Notes: generated by a model not told the origin, from the sequence alone. A DNA stretch of 64,000 nt from Octopus sinensis (GCF_006345805.1 NC_043002.1:56730001-56794000); one strand, 5' to 3'. Shown: positions 39,789 through 51,808, numbered from the stretch's first letter. A program made the numbers and translations.

Positions 39789-40325
39789 AAATTTATTTTA
39801 ACACACATCTTAGAAGAGTCTTGCTCATAAATTGTTTTAATAAGCAAACATTTTTTCTGATTTTTTTTTTTTTTAAGTTATCATATAACTTTATATTTAG
39901 TCAATGATTTTCTAATAGCATCAAACCACTGAAAAAGATACAAATGCATTGTTATTAGTTTGTGCTACATTGGTTCAAAATGAATATTATTTTTCACATT
40001 TCTTATTGTATTTACATGTTGGATTATAAAATATAGAAGTTTATAAAATACGAAAGGGTAATTAAAAGATTTTTCTTTGAAAAGTAAAATAGATTATCAC
40101 ATTTTTACATGAAAGATTGTAATATTTTAACATGTTGATATTTAAATGACCTGATTTTTCAAAGCAATTGATCCTCGTGAACTTGATAAATATATGAAAA
40201 AGGGAGAATAGTTTTTATACCCGTTAGTAACAAAAATTACACTTGAAATAGTTTGTTTTTATTTTAGTTTTCTGTTGAGTTAATTAGCTAGTTAATTACT
40301 AGTGTCAATATCTAAGGAAACATAA

Positions 40326-40925
40326 GGTAGTGAACTGAATTAGCATGCCAGGCAAAATATTTTCTTGCATTATTTTGTCCATCTTTATGTTCTGAGTTCA
40401 AATTCACTGAGGTCAGTTTTGCCTTTCATCCTTTTGGAGTCAATAAAATAAGCAGCAGTTTAAACATGGAAGTCAATCTAATTAATTTCCACCACCACCA
40501 AAAATGCTATCCTTGTGCCAGAATTTCAAACCAATATCTAAATGAAACAAACAAAAGAAAAAAGAGGACAAGGAAACCCTAACCCCACCCCACCGCCACC
40601 ACCACTGTATATGGTTAAAAAGCCTACTTTGCGACTGCATGGTTTCAGGTTCAATCTCACTGTGTGGCACCCTGGGCAATTGTCTTATACTGTATCTCTG
40701 GGTTGATCAATGCCTTATGAGTGGATTTGGTAGACAGAAACTGTGTGGAAGATTGTGTGTGTTTGTTTATGTCCCCATAACTTAGTTGTTAGGCAAAAGT
40801 GACTGATAGAACAAGTACCAGACTTAAAAGATAAGTACTGGGGTTAAGTTGTTTCACTAAAAACCTTCCAGGTGGCACCCCAGCATGGCTGCTGCCCAAT
40901 GACTGCAGCAAATACAAGATAAAAA
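40326..40925 (+). mobile_element. SINE family B (about 40326-40535) followed by SINE family A (about 40605-40925)
   Basis: Head, core and tail motifs as in other copies. Confidence 0.8.
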
Positions 40926-41399
40926 AGATTTCTGTCACTACTTTCACACCTACTTTTCTTCATTTCCTACCCCCAAACAAACTCTTGCTCTCTCTCTCTC
41001 TCTCTCTCTTTCTCTTTCTCTCTCTTTCTCTTTCAAGAAATCTAAAGATTGGTAATTTATGTAGGCTTAAACTATAAGAGAATGGTAAATTCATCATTTG
41101 CTTTGATATTTTTATACTTGCCATTTTGACCTTATAATCACATCAGCTCAAAGCTATGAGATGCTGCATGATTAATACAAACTGATATGAATAAATAAGC
41201 ATTACATTTAACAGTCATTTGGGTTAAAGTCAGTCAGCACAAACAAGGTGTTGCATTCATGTTCTTCTCAAAGGTTTCAGTAAAACGGTAGCAAGACTGT
41301 TCCAGCCTTCATCGTAAACACATTAAATATTTTTCTATGCCACCATGAATTGGAAAGATCTACAATGCAGCATCTCTCTTTATGTTAGTGTTTATATAT

Positions 41400-41445
<46 letters not shown>

Positions 41446-41477
41446 TTTACATTTTCCTTTCTGATTTAGCCACATTT

Positions 41478-41653
41478 TACATTATTTACATTTAACGGAT
41501 ATTTATCCTCATCTTGTTTGTTGTTAACACAACATTTCAGCTGATATACCCTCCAGCCTTCATCAGGTATCTTGGGGAAATTTCGAACCTAGGTTCTCAT
41601 TCCTAAGGTATTTTTCGATGCAATTATTGTTATTCAGGAATCGAACACGGAAT
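41478..41653 (-). mobile_element. 5'-truncated copy of the tRNA-head + hammerhead element
   Basis: Reverse complement closely matches 60826-61041, retains B box GTTCGATTCC; TTAGCCA on both flanks is a possible TSD. Confidence 0.85.
41526..41571 (-). ncRNA. Minimal type-I hammerhead ribozyme motif
   Basis: GAUAC-CUGAUGA-A-GGCUG-gaggguauau-CAGCU-GAAA-UG-UU-GUGUU; stem III CG changed to UG. Confidence 0.65.
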
Positions 41654-42571
41654 AATAATATTAGCCATTTTTTGCTTAAGTTTTCCTTCAATATAATGAG
41701 CACTGATTATCATCAAAGCCATGGCAATATTTCACCCAACAGCCATCATTGTTTCAAATTATATTAGTCCATATTAGTTTAGTTCTTTCTCTCTCTTTCT
41801 CCTACATAACCACTCCAACTTTTTTGTGTGCTAACATCACTTCTGTCTCCAACCAATGCACTTCCTCTTCTTCAGTCACTCCCATAGCCTGCTCACTTTT
41901 CATACACCCGACCTCCTACACTCATCAGGAGGAATTGCTTCTCTCTAATTTTCAAAAGAACTTAAAAGTTTCTTGTTTTTGAAATTGTAATGTTACTTAT
42001 TTCAATTATTGTATGATTATTGTGTAAAATCAAATCCATTGCTTCCTCCCTTATTATCCTATCAATCTAGCCAGAAAAAGATGGTCAGTTTTATTTGCTT
42101 TGATAACTAAAGTATTTACATTTTTTTTCTCTTCGTGTATGTCTGAATAAAAGGCAAGGCAGAAAATCTCCCACGTTGTACTGGTTGAGAAATGTTTAAA
42201 TGCTACAATGTGCAATGAGTGGGGAGTAAAAATATTAACTACATGAAGACACTATTTTCACCTACCTAACTTCACTAGCTAATATGCATTGAAACACCTA
42301 GGATGGAGTGCGTTCTACTGCACCCTGTATCATCCATGCAATATAAATATAGCAGTTATGGATATAACTCTCAGCAAGAGTCCATATGACCCCTGGAGGT
42401 CCATGCTCGCAAAATAGGGTCTGTGAAATGTTTTGATTGAAATGTATGTATTGCAAGAAACATCTAGGTTTCTTTCTCTAACACAGTGGTTCCCAGCCTT
42501 TTCACAGTGGTTCACAACCTCTTTATTTAAATGAGTTTTCCTGCAGAAACCCTTTTAATATGCTATATCTA

Positions 42572-42613
<42 letters not shown>

Positions 42614-42614
<1 letters not shown>

Positions 42615-45410
42615 CATCATCATCGTTTAACGTCCGCTTTCCGCGCTAGCACGGGTTGGACGGTTCGACCGGGTCTGGGAAGCCAGGGGCCGCTCCAGGC
42701 TCCAGTCTGAATCTGGCAGAGTTTCTACGGCTGGATGCCCTTCCTAACGCCAACCACTCCGTGAGTGGATTGGGTGCTTTTTACGTGCCACCTGCACAGA
42801 GGCCGGAGGGTCCGGCATCGTCACGATCGGTTCGAGCATTTTAACGTGTCAGCGGCACGGGGGCAACGAGGTCCGGGGTACTTTGGGGATCGGGGTACTT
42901 TGGGGATCCAGGGTACTTTGGGGATCCGGGGTACTTAGAATGGGTAGGGGGTATGTGGAATTGCTGCAGAAAGCAGTCCGGGTCTTTGTAGTCACAGCAT
43001 ATCTCCAGAGATCTCGGTCCTTCGCCATTGCCTCAGTGAGGCCCAATGTTCTGAGGTCATGCTTGACCACTTCATCCCATGTCTTCCTGGGTCTACCTCT
43101 CCCCCTGATACCTTCAACTGTTTGGGAGTGGCACTTCTTCACACATCTCTCTTCATCCATCCGCAGCACATGACCATACCATCGCAAGCGTCGCTCTTGC
43201 ACACCACATCTGATGCTTCTTATATCCAGCATTTCTCTCAGGATACTTACACTCTGTTTTGCGTGCACACTGACACTACACATCCAGCGGATCATGCTAG
43301 CTTCATTTCTTTCAAGTCTACGCATGTCTTCTGCAGTCACAGCCCATGTTTCATTACCATGAAGCATGGCAGTTCGCACACATGCATCATACAATCTACC
43401 TTTTGCTCTGAGGGAGAGACCTTTTGTTGCCAGTAGGGGTAGGAGCTTTCTGAACTTTGCCCAGGCTATTCGTATTCTAGTGGTGATACTCTCTGTGCAT
43501 CCACCTCCGCTACTAACTTGGTCACCCAGGTAGCGGAAACTATCAACTACTTCTAGTTTCTCTCCCTGGAGTGTGATGGAATCTGTTTTCTGAGTGTCTG
43601 TTGTGTCTATTGTCCCTGTGCATCTGCCGCACATGAAAGCTATCTTATCTGTTAATTTCCCTTTAATGTTGCTGCACCTCTTATGTGTCCATAACTTACA
43701 TTGGGTGCATCTTATGGAGTTTCTACCTGTACCTTTCCTACAGGTTGAGCAGGGCCACCTACCCGAGGGGATGTGTGCTGAGTACCTCTTGTTGCTTACT
43801 AATACTTTGGTCTTTGCTACATTTATTCTAAGGCCCTTTGATTCCAACCCTTGCTTCCACACCCGAAATTTCTCTTCTAGTTCCGGTAGTGATTCTGCTA
43901 TGAGAGCTAGGTCATCGGCATAGAGGAGCTCCCAGGGGCATCCCGTTTTGAATTCCTCTGTTATTGCTTGAAGGACTATGATGAATAAAAGGGGACTGAG
44001 GGCTGAGCCCTGGTGCACACCTACTTCTACCCGGAATTCTTCACTATATTCGTTGCCAATCCTAACCTTGCTGACAGCCTCTCTGTATAGAGCCTGTACA
44101 GCCCTTATTAGCCATTCTTCAATCTCCAGTTTCCGCATCGACCACCAGATAAGGGAACGGGGAACCCTGTCAAAGGCTTTCTCCAAGTCTACAAAAGCTA
44201 TGTAGAGGGGTTTATCTTTAGCTAGGTACTTCTCCTGCAGTTGTCGGACCAGGAATATAGCATCAGTGGTGCTTCTACCTGGTACAAAACCAAACTGCAT
44301 TTCATCTAAACAAATTCTCTCCCTAATGAGATTGGTTATGACCTTCTCTGAGACCTTCATCACCTGGTCCAACAGTTTGATGCCTCTGTAGTTATTTCTA
44401 TCTAGAGCATCACCCTTACCCTTGTAGCAGTTGACTATGGTGCTGCTGCACCAGTCATTGGGTATGACTCCATTGTGAACTACCTGGTTTACAATGCGGG
44501 TGACTATGGCATAGCCCACATAGCCAGCTGTTTTAAGCATCTCAGCAGTGATTCCTGATAGGCCAGGGGCTTTGCCTGGTTTCATATCCTTAATTGCCTT
44601 ATCTACAAGGGAGCTGTCTATTCGGGAAGCTGGTCCCTCTACTGGGTCAACATTTGGCAGGCTCTCCTCCTCCCATTCATTCTCCTCATTCAGCAGTCTT
44701 TCATAATGGCTTCTCCAAGCCTCTTTCTTTTCACTAGTAGTAAAAGCAAGTGCCCCATCATCCATGCGGACACATTTCTCTCCTATAACATCGCTATTTT
44801 CTCTGACACACTGTCTGGCAATCCGAAATACTTCGGCTCTTTGATCCTCGCGACGCTGGACATTGGCAAACTTCTTCTTTTCTGCTGCATCTTTGGCAAT
44901 GTAGACCTGCCGCCCAGCCTCCCTTTTGGCTATCTGGTACAGTTCCCTGCTGCCCCCATCCTTCCAGGCTTTCCAGGCCCGTCTCTTTTCACAGATGGCT
45001 TTATCTACTGCACTATTCCACCACCACGTAATTCTAGGTCTGGAAGGGACTTTGCACCATCCACAGACTTGGTCTGTGGCACTCAACAAGCTGTCCCGTA
45101 GGAATTCCCAGCTACCTTCTATGTCTGACGTCTGAAGCTCCTCCTCCCTCTCATCAAATTTCTTGATGAGTATGTCCCTAAATTTCTGACCATGCGAAGG
45201 GTTCTTTAGCCTCCAAATCCTTCTTTTCTGGATTGGTTTGTTTCTTGGAGTCCTTCTGGCCTCAAGCTTAAAGTCACTGATGATTAGTCTATGCTGAGGG
45301 ATACATTCTTCACCCGGGAGGGTCTTTGTATTCAAGAGCAACCCTGCATCCCGTTGTCTGGTGAGGATGAAGTCTATTTGGCTAGCGGAGTCTCCTGACT
45401 GATAAGTTAT
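42614..45410 (-). mobile_element. 5'-truncated RTE-clade LINE
   Basis: RT ORF, 3' UTR and (ATG)n tail; both junctions lie in (TA)n. Confidence 0.95.
42849..45341 (-). CDS. RTE-clade LINE ORF (C-terminal end of APE endonuclease, reverse transcriptase, PHD-type zinc finger); 5' truncated
   Basis: 830-aa uninterrupted frame with KGKGD..NYRGIKLL, QFGFVPGRST, FVDLEKAFDRV, GVHQGSALSP, YADD, FRYLG, LRWYGHVLR, RGRPRKTW; frame continues upstream to about 45410 as TYQSGDSASQIDFIL (endonuclease motif). Confidence 0.93.
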   Translation of the reverse strand: MLLNTKTLPGEECIPQHRLIISDFKLEARRTPRNKPIQKRRIWRLKNPSHGQKFRDILIKKFDEREEELQTSDIEGSWEFLRDSLLSATDQVCGWCKVPSRPRITWWWNSAVDKAICEKRRAWKAWKDGGSRELYQIAKREAGRQVYIAKDAAEKKKFANVQRREDQRAEVFRIARQCVRENSDVIGEKCVRMDDGALAFTTSEKKEAWRSHYERLLNEENEWEEESLPNVDPVEGPASRIDSSLVDKAIKDMKPGKAPGLSGITAEMLKTAGYVGYAIVTRIVNQVVHNGVIPNDWCSSTIVNCYKGKGDALDRNNYRGIKLLDQVMKVSEKVITNLIRERICLDEMQFGFVPGRSTTDAIFLVRQLQEKYLAKDKPLYIAFVDLEKAFDRVPRSLIWWSMRKLEIEEWLIRAVQALYREAVSKVRIGNEYSEEFRVEVGVHQGSALSPLLFIIVLQAITEEFKTGCPWELLYADDLALIAESLPELEEKFRVWKQGLESKGLRINVAKTKVLVSNKRYSAHIPSGRWPCSTCRKGTGRNSIRCTQCKLWTHKRCSNIKGKLTDKIAFMCGRCTGTIDTTDTQKTDSITLQGEKLEVVDSFRYLGDQVSSGGGCTESITTRIRIAWAKFRKLLPLLATKGLSLRAKGRLYDACVRTAMLHGNETWAVTAEDMRRLERNEASMIRWMCSVSVHAKQSVSILREMLDIRSIRCGVQERRLRWYGHVLRMDEERCVKKCHSQTVEGIRGRGRPRKTWDEVVKHDLRTLGLTEAMAKDRDLWRYAVTTKTRTAFCSNSTYPLPILSTPDPQSTLDPQSTPIPKVPRTSLPPCR

Positions 45411-45529
45411 ATATATATATATATGTATGTGTATGAAGCACGATTTATTAATGATCAGAGTTGTTCAAAAACCGAGGTACTACTGTATATATATATATAT
45501 ATTCACACATATATAAATTTCACACACAC

Positions 45530-45560
<31 letters not shown>

Positions 45561-46123
45561 AAATTTTTAATTTGGTTCATGGACCACCAGGGGTCTGCTG
45601 ATTTCAGTTTGAGAGCCACTGCTCTAACATTTTATGTTGTTCAACTTATATAAATGAATGAATAACAAAATAGGAATTTCAAAAGAAATGACTATAAAAT
45701 AAATTTTTAAACATTAAATGGCTGGTGAGGGTGGGCATGTCCACTAGATTAAAACAGTAACTAAAGGGGTTCATAGATAAAACAAAAAAAAAAAAAGGGT
45801 TAACAACCACTGCTGTAACCAATAATCTGTTAACAGATGTGAATTAAAAGTTCCTTCTTACGACAAACCCCCTGTTGTTTCAAAGAGGGAAATATTTGTG
45901 AACTTTTTTTTTAATGCAAATTTAATTTCAGAGGGTCAAAAGAAATTATCTTTTCGAATGGAAAATAATAATGATAAAGAAAACTCTTTGAAAATCCCTA
46001 GGATCAACAATACTGAACAGATTTTAAATATTACTGAATACTAGAATTATGTTGAATTAAAATGCAGAAAGCCAGCGAAGTTTGATATATATATAGGATG
46101 CTCTATTAAATTATTGATCATGT

Positions 46124-46174
<51 letters not shown>

Positions 46175-46679
46175 GCCTGTCTGTCTGTCTGTATCTCCGT
46201 CTGTCATAAAAGTAAAACACAAGGCTGCTGCCAAGCTAAAATATACTATTTCAGTTTGTGGTCGAATCAGTGGCCTGAGATTTGTCAATAGTTTTACTTC
46301 TCACATAACTTATCTACTCTGCTTGTTTTTAAGAGTAGACTTATGAAAAAAAACAATGAATAAATTTCAACTACAAGCAGTGAGTGGATTACCAATGAAT
46401 ACTGTTCTCCTGTCTGTCTTTAAATCAGATTTGTATGGATGTTGGATAGTTACATATTGTTTGCATTTAACTTCAGAGTCAGGTGTTTCTTTTAATTTAC
46501 CCAACCTATCTTTAATAATAATAATAATAGACTTTGTAAATGAACAGTCTGGTGGGTTTATTTTAATGGCCTACCAATGTATACCGTACATTTCTCTGCC
46601 CTAGGTGTCAGGAAGACACTCAGCAAGAAATGGAAACAGAACTGAAAGAAGATGCTATTGAAAATAATAATAATAATAA

Positions 46680-46890
46680 TGGTTTCAAATTTTGGCACAT
46701 GCCCAGCAGTTTCAGGGGGAGAGGGTAAATTGATCACATCGACTCCAGTGCTCAACTGGTACTTACTTTATCGACTCCAAAAGGGTGAAAGGGAAAGTTG
46801 ACCTCAATGGAATTTAAACGCAGAACATAAAGACAGATGAAATGCCACTATGCATTTTTCCTGACATGCTAATGTCTACCACTATGCCTC
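46680..46890 (-). mobile_element. SINE family B
   Basis: GGTTTCAAATTTTGGCAC...GGTACTTA...AAAGTTGACCTC. Confidence 0.8.
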
Positions 46891-48253
46891 TAATCTCATC
46901 AAGTGGCACAAAACTATCCCCCCCTCACTGTTACTTCCTCTTCCCAACTGAGAGGGTTCTTCATTTGCAAAGTACCTCTTGACCTTCTTGGTGCTGGTGC
47001 CACATAAAAAGCACCCAGTACACTCTGTAAAGTGGTTTGTATTTGGAAGGGTAACCAGCTGTAGAAATTATGCTAAAACAGGCAATAAAGTTTGGTGTGG
47101 CTCCCATCCTTACCAAGTGTGGCTGTGTGATAAGAAGCTTACTTCCCAATCACATGGCTCCAAGTTCAGTCCCACTGCTTGGTAGCTTGGGCAAGTGCCT
47201 TTTGCTATAGCTGTGGGCCAACCAAAGCCTTGTGATTGAATTTGAGAGGCAGACATTCCTGTCTTGTGTATATGTGTGTGGGAAAGTGCTTGTACCTCCC
47301 TTAAATATTCACATATTAGAATGTCATGTTTTGTGTAATAATATTTCAAGCCAAGATTTAAATTTAAATTTCAACACTTTACTAGAAGTTGCTTCATACA
47401 GATTGATGTTGAATGAGTTAAGCCAAAAATCACAAACAACACGCAGCAGTGTTTACATGATGCAACAAAAGAGAAAAAAAATGATGTGGGATACTTCTTT
47501 GAGCCAGTCCACCTGTTCATTGTTAACCAGCTTTATACGGAACTAGAATTCTTAATATAATTGGCTTGATAGGAGCCAAGTCTGTTTGCAAGCTAGTCAT
47601 TCGTAAATTATGGATTGTCCTGACTTAACATTTGTGATAAACTCTGAAAAATGATGCGAGGAAGTTGTGAAATAAGTTTCTCCCTCAAAAATATAGAAAA
47701 TTTACCAAAAAAGTAAATAATTATTTTCAAAGCTTGTGACAATTTATCTTTTTTTTTTTTTTGACACAAAACATATTTCACTATTTACAATTTAAAGCTT
47801 TGTTGCAACAAACAGTATATTTATTTTAATTGTTATATTATTTTATATTTCTTTTAGTGGATAATAGTATCATTTGGTACATTTTCCAATTGGTCAATCA
47901 CTGTTTCTCACTGTTTTTAGAATGGGAAAAATAACACTTTTCATTATTTATCCTTTCCTATACCTCTGTCCAGTTATTTCAGATATAATCTTATCTGTAT
48001 TTCCTTTTGTTCTTGGAATATTTCTGGAAATTTCCATAATAATTGATTGACAGAAACTGGAGGAAGCCCACTTTGTATGTGTCCGTCCCTGTGTCATCTC
48101 GAGTCATTTGTGTAATTATCCTGACTTATCTCTTGTCGTCTTGATTTCGTCCTGCCACTAGAATCAGATTGGAACAGCCGAGAGTGACAATGCTCTTGTG
48201 CCCCACCCTCTTCACTTTAAGTACATGTCATGTGCAAGTCAAGACATGATACC

Positions 48254-48430
48254 TATTTCTTTACTACCCACAAGGGGCTAGACTCGGAGAGGACAAACAA
48301 GGACAGACAAACGGATTAAGTCGATTATATCGACCCCAGTGGAATTTGAACTCATAACGTAACCGCAGACGAAATACCACTCAGCATTTCGCCCGGCGTG
48401 CTAACGTTTCTGCCAGCTCGCCGCCTTATA
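48254..48430 (-). mobile_element. Young SINE family B variant with alternative tail and deleted core
   Basis: CpG-intact head; TSD AAGACAT(G/T)ATACC at 48241-48253 and 48431-48443. Confidence 0.85.
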
Positions 48431-49187
48431 AAGACATTATACCATCCCAGGCCCACCTTCAAGTCCTGTGGCAATGGGCAAATGACAAAGTAGCAGGTGT
48501 GTGTGTCGACATGGTGTGACAGCTGTAAATGAGTGTCACTGTCATAGAAGCAGTGTCATTCATTTCCAATATTGTACAAAACCATGCCTGACCATGGGGG
48601 AAATATTACAATATATCACCTGGCTTAGAAAGGGGTGAGGGCTGGCAACAGGAAAGTCAGCTGACTGTAGAAAATCTCCTTCAGTAAACTTCATCTGACC
48701 CATGTTAGTATGAAAAAGTGGACATTAAAACAATGGTGATGATAGAATTAAGCATATCCATGGCGATATTATATACAATATGAAATTAAATATCTGATCG
48801 TAAAAACAAAAAAACTGAATTTAGGAAAAAAAAAATCTTTTTGTAAATTAAATTATCTTATTCGTAATTTTTTTCTTCTTTTTAATGTTTATTTTAACTT
48901 TGTCCAGGCATATTAAATATGTACTGTCATGCAATCCACATTAGAAAAATGTTTTAACCAATCATGATAATTATATTTGTTTTTTTACTAATCAGGTTTA
49001 AATAACTTAAATACTGGTTTTTAATAGAAATATCAAACATGTTTTCATTTGCTACATCTCACTGTGACCTAAGTAAATATCAGATGCCATATTTCCTACA
49101 TCTACTCATAAATTGTTCAAATCTCGCATTCAAATATTATTTGCTAAATTAGAATAATACAGATCACCATTCTCATCATCATATTAA

Positions 49188-50272
49188 CCCTTTCGTTACC
49201 AAACCACCCAAAGCCGCCCGAAAAAAATTTTGGTTAATGTGACCAAACCGCCCAAACCCGCCCGTATTTACCTATTCATATTTAAATGAGAATATCAGAG
49301 CAAATCTCTTTAGTACATTCATGAAAACACGTATTATACTTCGTAAACAGTTCAACTACAGTTTTGTACAACAATCGAAGTGTAATTTTAATTCCGTGAA
49401 TTTTGGGAGATTTTTTTTCCGAAATTTGTTCCTATTGTGTTTTCAAAATTTGTAATTCTGACAAAAAATGGATACGAATTTCATTATATCAAGCAGCGAG
49501 TCAGAATTCGAAGGATTTTCTACTGAAGATCTTCATAAATCTAACTCTATGACTGAAAAAAAAAAGCATGTGGTATTTGATAATGAATCTGATGTTTCAT
49601 TTTCTGAAAGTGAAAACTGAATCCGAGAGCTCCGACAGCAATAAAGAAAATGAATTGGTACCTGAATGGAGTGAAAATTTAAAAACTGTTTTTTTCGGTA
49701 ATTTTTCTGGAGAAACTGGACCAAGCCACAGACTTTCCCAGAAGAGTAAAGCCTTAGACTATTTCTTTTTACTTTTTCGAATGAGCCTATTTGAAATCAT
49801 TACGGCGGAAACGAACCGTTACGCTAAATGTAAACAAAGCGAAAGAAAGGATAGTTAGTGGTTTCCCACAACCTTAAATGAAATTAAGACTATTTTGCCA
49901 TAAATATTATTATGGGTATCAGAAAGTTACCCAGAATAACAAATTCTATTGTAAAATTTTGTTGTATACCTAATTGAATATTAGCTAATAACCCATTTTC
50001 TATAGCGATGTTTGAGCAAAATTTTAATAATTTTATATTTTGTTGAATTTACCTGTATCTACCTGCAATTAGAGTCACTTTGTGACAAAAATTATAGTAT
50101 AGAATTGATTTAGAACTTTTCATTAAATTATCTTCCAAAAATCTCATTAATATATTGATAAATAAAAAAGTTATAGCTGTTTAATGAAACCAGACTAAAT
50201 TTATGATTATGTTAGAAATTAATTGAAGCACATAAGGGGTGTATTTTGGTCAGAAATATAGTAACGAAAGGG
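49188..50272 (+). mobile_element. Internally deleted piggyBac transposon
   Basis: TTAA TSDs (49184-49187, 50273-50276); TIR CCCTTTCGTTAC/GTAACGAAAGGG; duplicated subterminal ACCAAACCRCCCAAA..CGCCCG. Confidence 0.92.
49468..49940 (+). pseudogene. piggyBac transposase N-terminal remnant
   Basis: Acidic N-terminus SESEFEGF, then FSGETGP...LDYFFLLF....EIITAETNRYA...W.PTT.NEIK..FAINIIMGIRKLP with frameshifts and a stop. Confidence 0.85.
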
Positions 50273-50819
50273 TTAATGTCCACTTTTCCATGTTTGCATG
50301 GGCCAGATAGAATTTGCTGAGGTGGAATTTCTGTGGTCAGGTGTTGTCCTCCCTGTTGCTAGCCTTCATCTGTTTCCAAGCAAGGCAATATTTCCCCATG
50401 GTCAGATATACTTTTTTTATGCAAAATATTGGAAATGAATGTCACTGCTTATATATATGTCAATGACACTCCAACTGTCACCTGATGTCGAAGTAAGGAG
50501 ATACAAACATACATAGCCCTACACACACACACACATTTATGTGTGTGTGTGTGTGTGTGTGTGAGTGAGAGAGAGAGAGAGAGAGAGAGAATGTATGTAC
50601 CAGGGCATATTCTCAAGATACAAGGCGGTGAATATAAATGGAATGGTAAAGGATTGTCTGGGGTATGAGAGTAGGGATTTCACAAAAGCGATGAAGGAAA
50701 AAGGGGAGGGAAAGGGAGAATGCAGTAAGCAAGAATGCAGTTTAAGGGCAAGCAACAGGACAGCAATGGTGCAGTGCTTCTAAAACTCAGTTTTGCTGAG
50801 GCAGGACAGGTCTTCTCAT

Positions 50820-50940
50820 GAACATCATGTCACCAGACATCTCAGTCCATTGACAATATTTCTGTAGGACCCAACATCTTGAGATCAGCTCTCACTACTT
50901 CATCCTTTATCTTTCTGGATTTCCCTTTTACACAGGTGCC
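50820..50940 (-). pseudogene. Degraded RTE C-terminal fragment
   Basis: Similar to 43000-43120 (DEVVRADLKMLGPTE). Confidence 0.6.
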
Positions 50941-51451
50941 ATGTGTGTATGTGTTATGATATTACAGCATTGTGTAAAAGTAAATCACTTGTTTGACCCT
51001 CTTGCTACTAACCCACTCCAGATTGACCCCCCATACTATAGATATAAAATTCATATTTTAAAATGACTTAAATTAAAACCTGCCATCAAAATTTCATGTC
51101 AATTTATATTATAACCACCAGTGGGCCAACCAAAGTTATTTAATGACAAAGTTATTTAGTAAAATTAATGACAAAGTAAATATGGTTTTTCACACCAAAT
51201 TCCATTTCGTTATTCAGTAGTATTCTGCTACTAAATACTCTAACGAACTTCATTACTTTTGCTCACTAAGAAACTGCCACCATCTTTTTTTCTTTTTTTT
51301 TAAATGTTTTTTTTTAATTAATTATCCTTAATTTTCCATTTGGTTCACTTGAACAGACTAAATTTTGCTGTGTAGTTTTGTGTTATCCATTTTCTGAAGA
51401 AATCAGTGGTTATACTAATTTGTGACTTCTTTCCTACAGGCGTGACCCTGG

Positions 51452-51808
51452 CGCAGGGGTGGCTATGTGTTAAGAAGCTTGCTTCTCAACCACATGGCTC
51501 TGGGTTCAGTCCCAATACGTGGCACCTTGGGCAAATGTCTTCTGCTTTAGCCTCAGGCCGACCAAAGCCTTGGGAGTGGATTTGGTAGGCGGAAACTGAA
51601 AGAAACCCGCCACATATATGTATGTTTGTGTATCTGTTTGTCTCCCCACCATCGCTTGACAACCGATGTTGGTGTGTTTACATCCATGTAACTTAGCGGT
51701 TCAGTAAAAAGGTCAATAGAATAAGTCCTGGGGGTTGATTTGTTCGACTAAAAGCAACGCTCCAGCATGGCCGCAGTCAAATGACTGAGCCAAGTAGAAA
51801 AATAAAAG
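51452..51808 (+). mobile_element. SINE family A, non-RTE tail (well-preserved copy)
   Basis: A-box-like TGGCTATGTGT, B-box-like GGTTCAGTCCC, GGCACCTTGGGCAA core, tail CCAGCATGGCCGCAGTCAAATGACTGA. Confidence 0.85.

Larger units (their letters stand above)
42484..45621. mobile_element. hAT-type MITE enclosing a (TA)n tract and the RTE LINE
   Basis: TIR CAGTGGTTCCCAGC / GTTTGAGAGCCACTG; perfect TSD CTCTAACA at 42476-42483 and 45622-45629. Confidence 0.8.

Noticed and set aside
42883-45135. Plus-strand ORFs overlapping the LINE
   Set aside because: Antisense shadows of the RT reading frame
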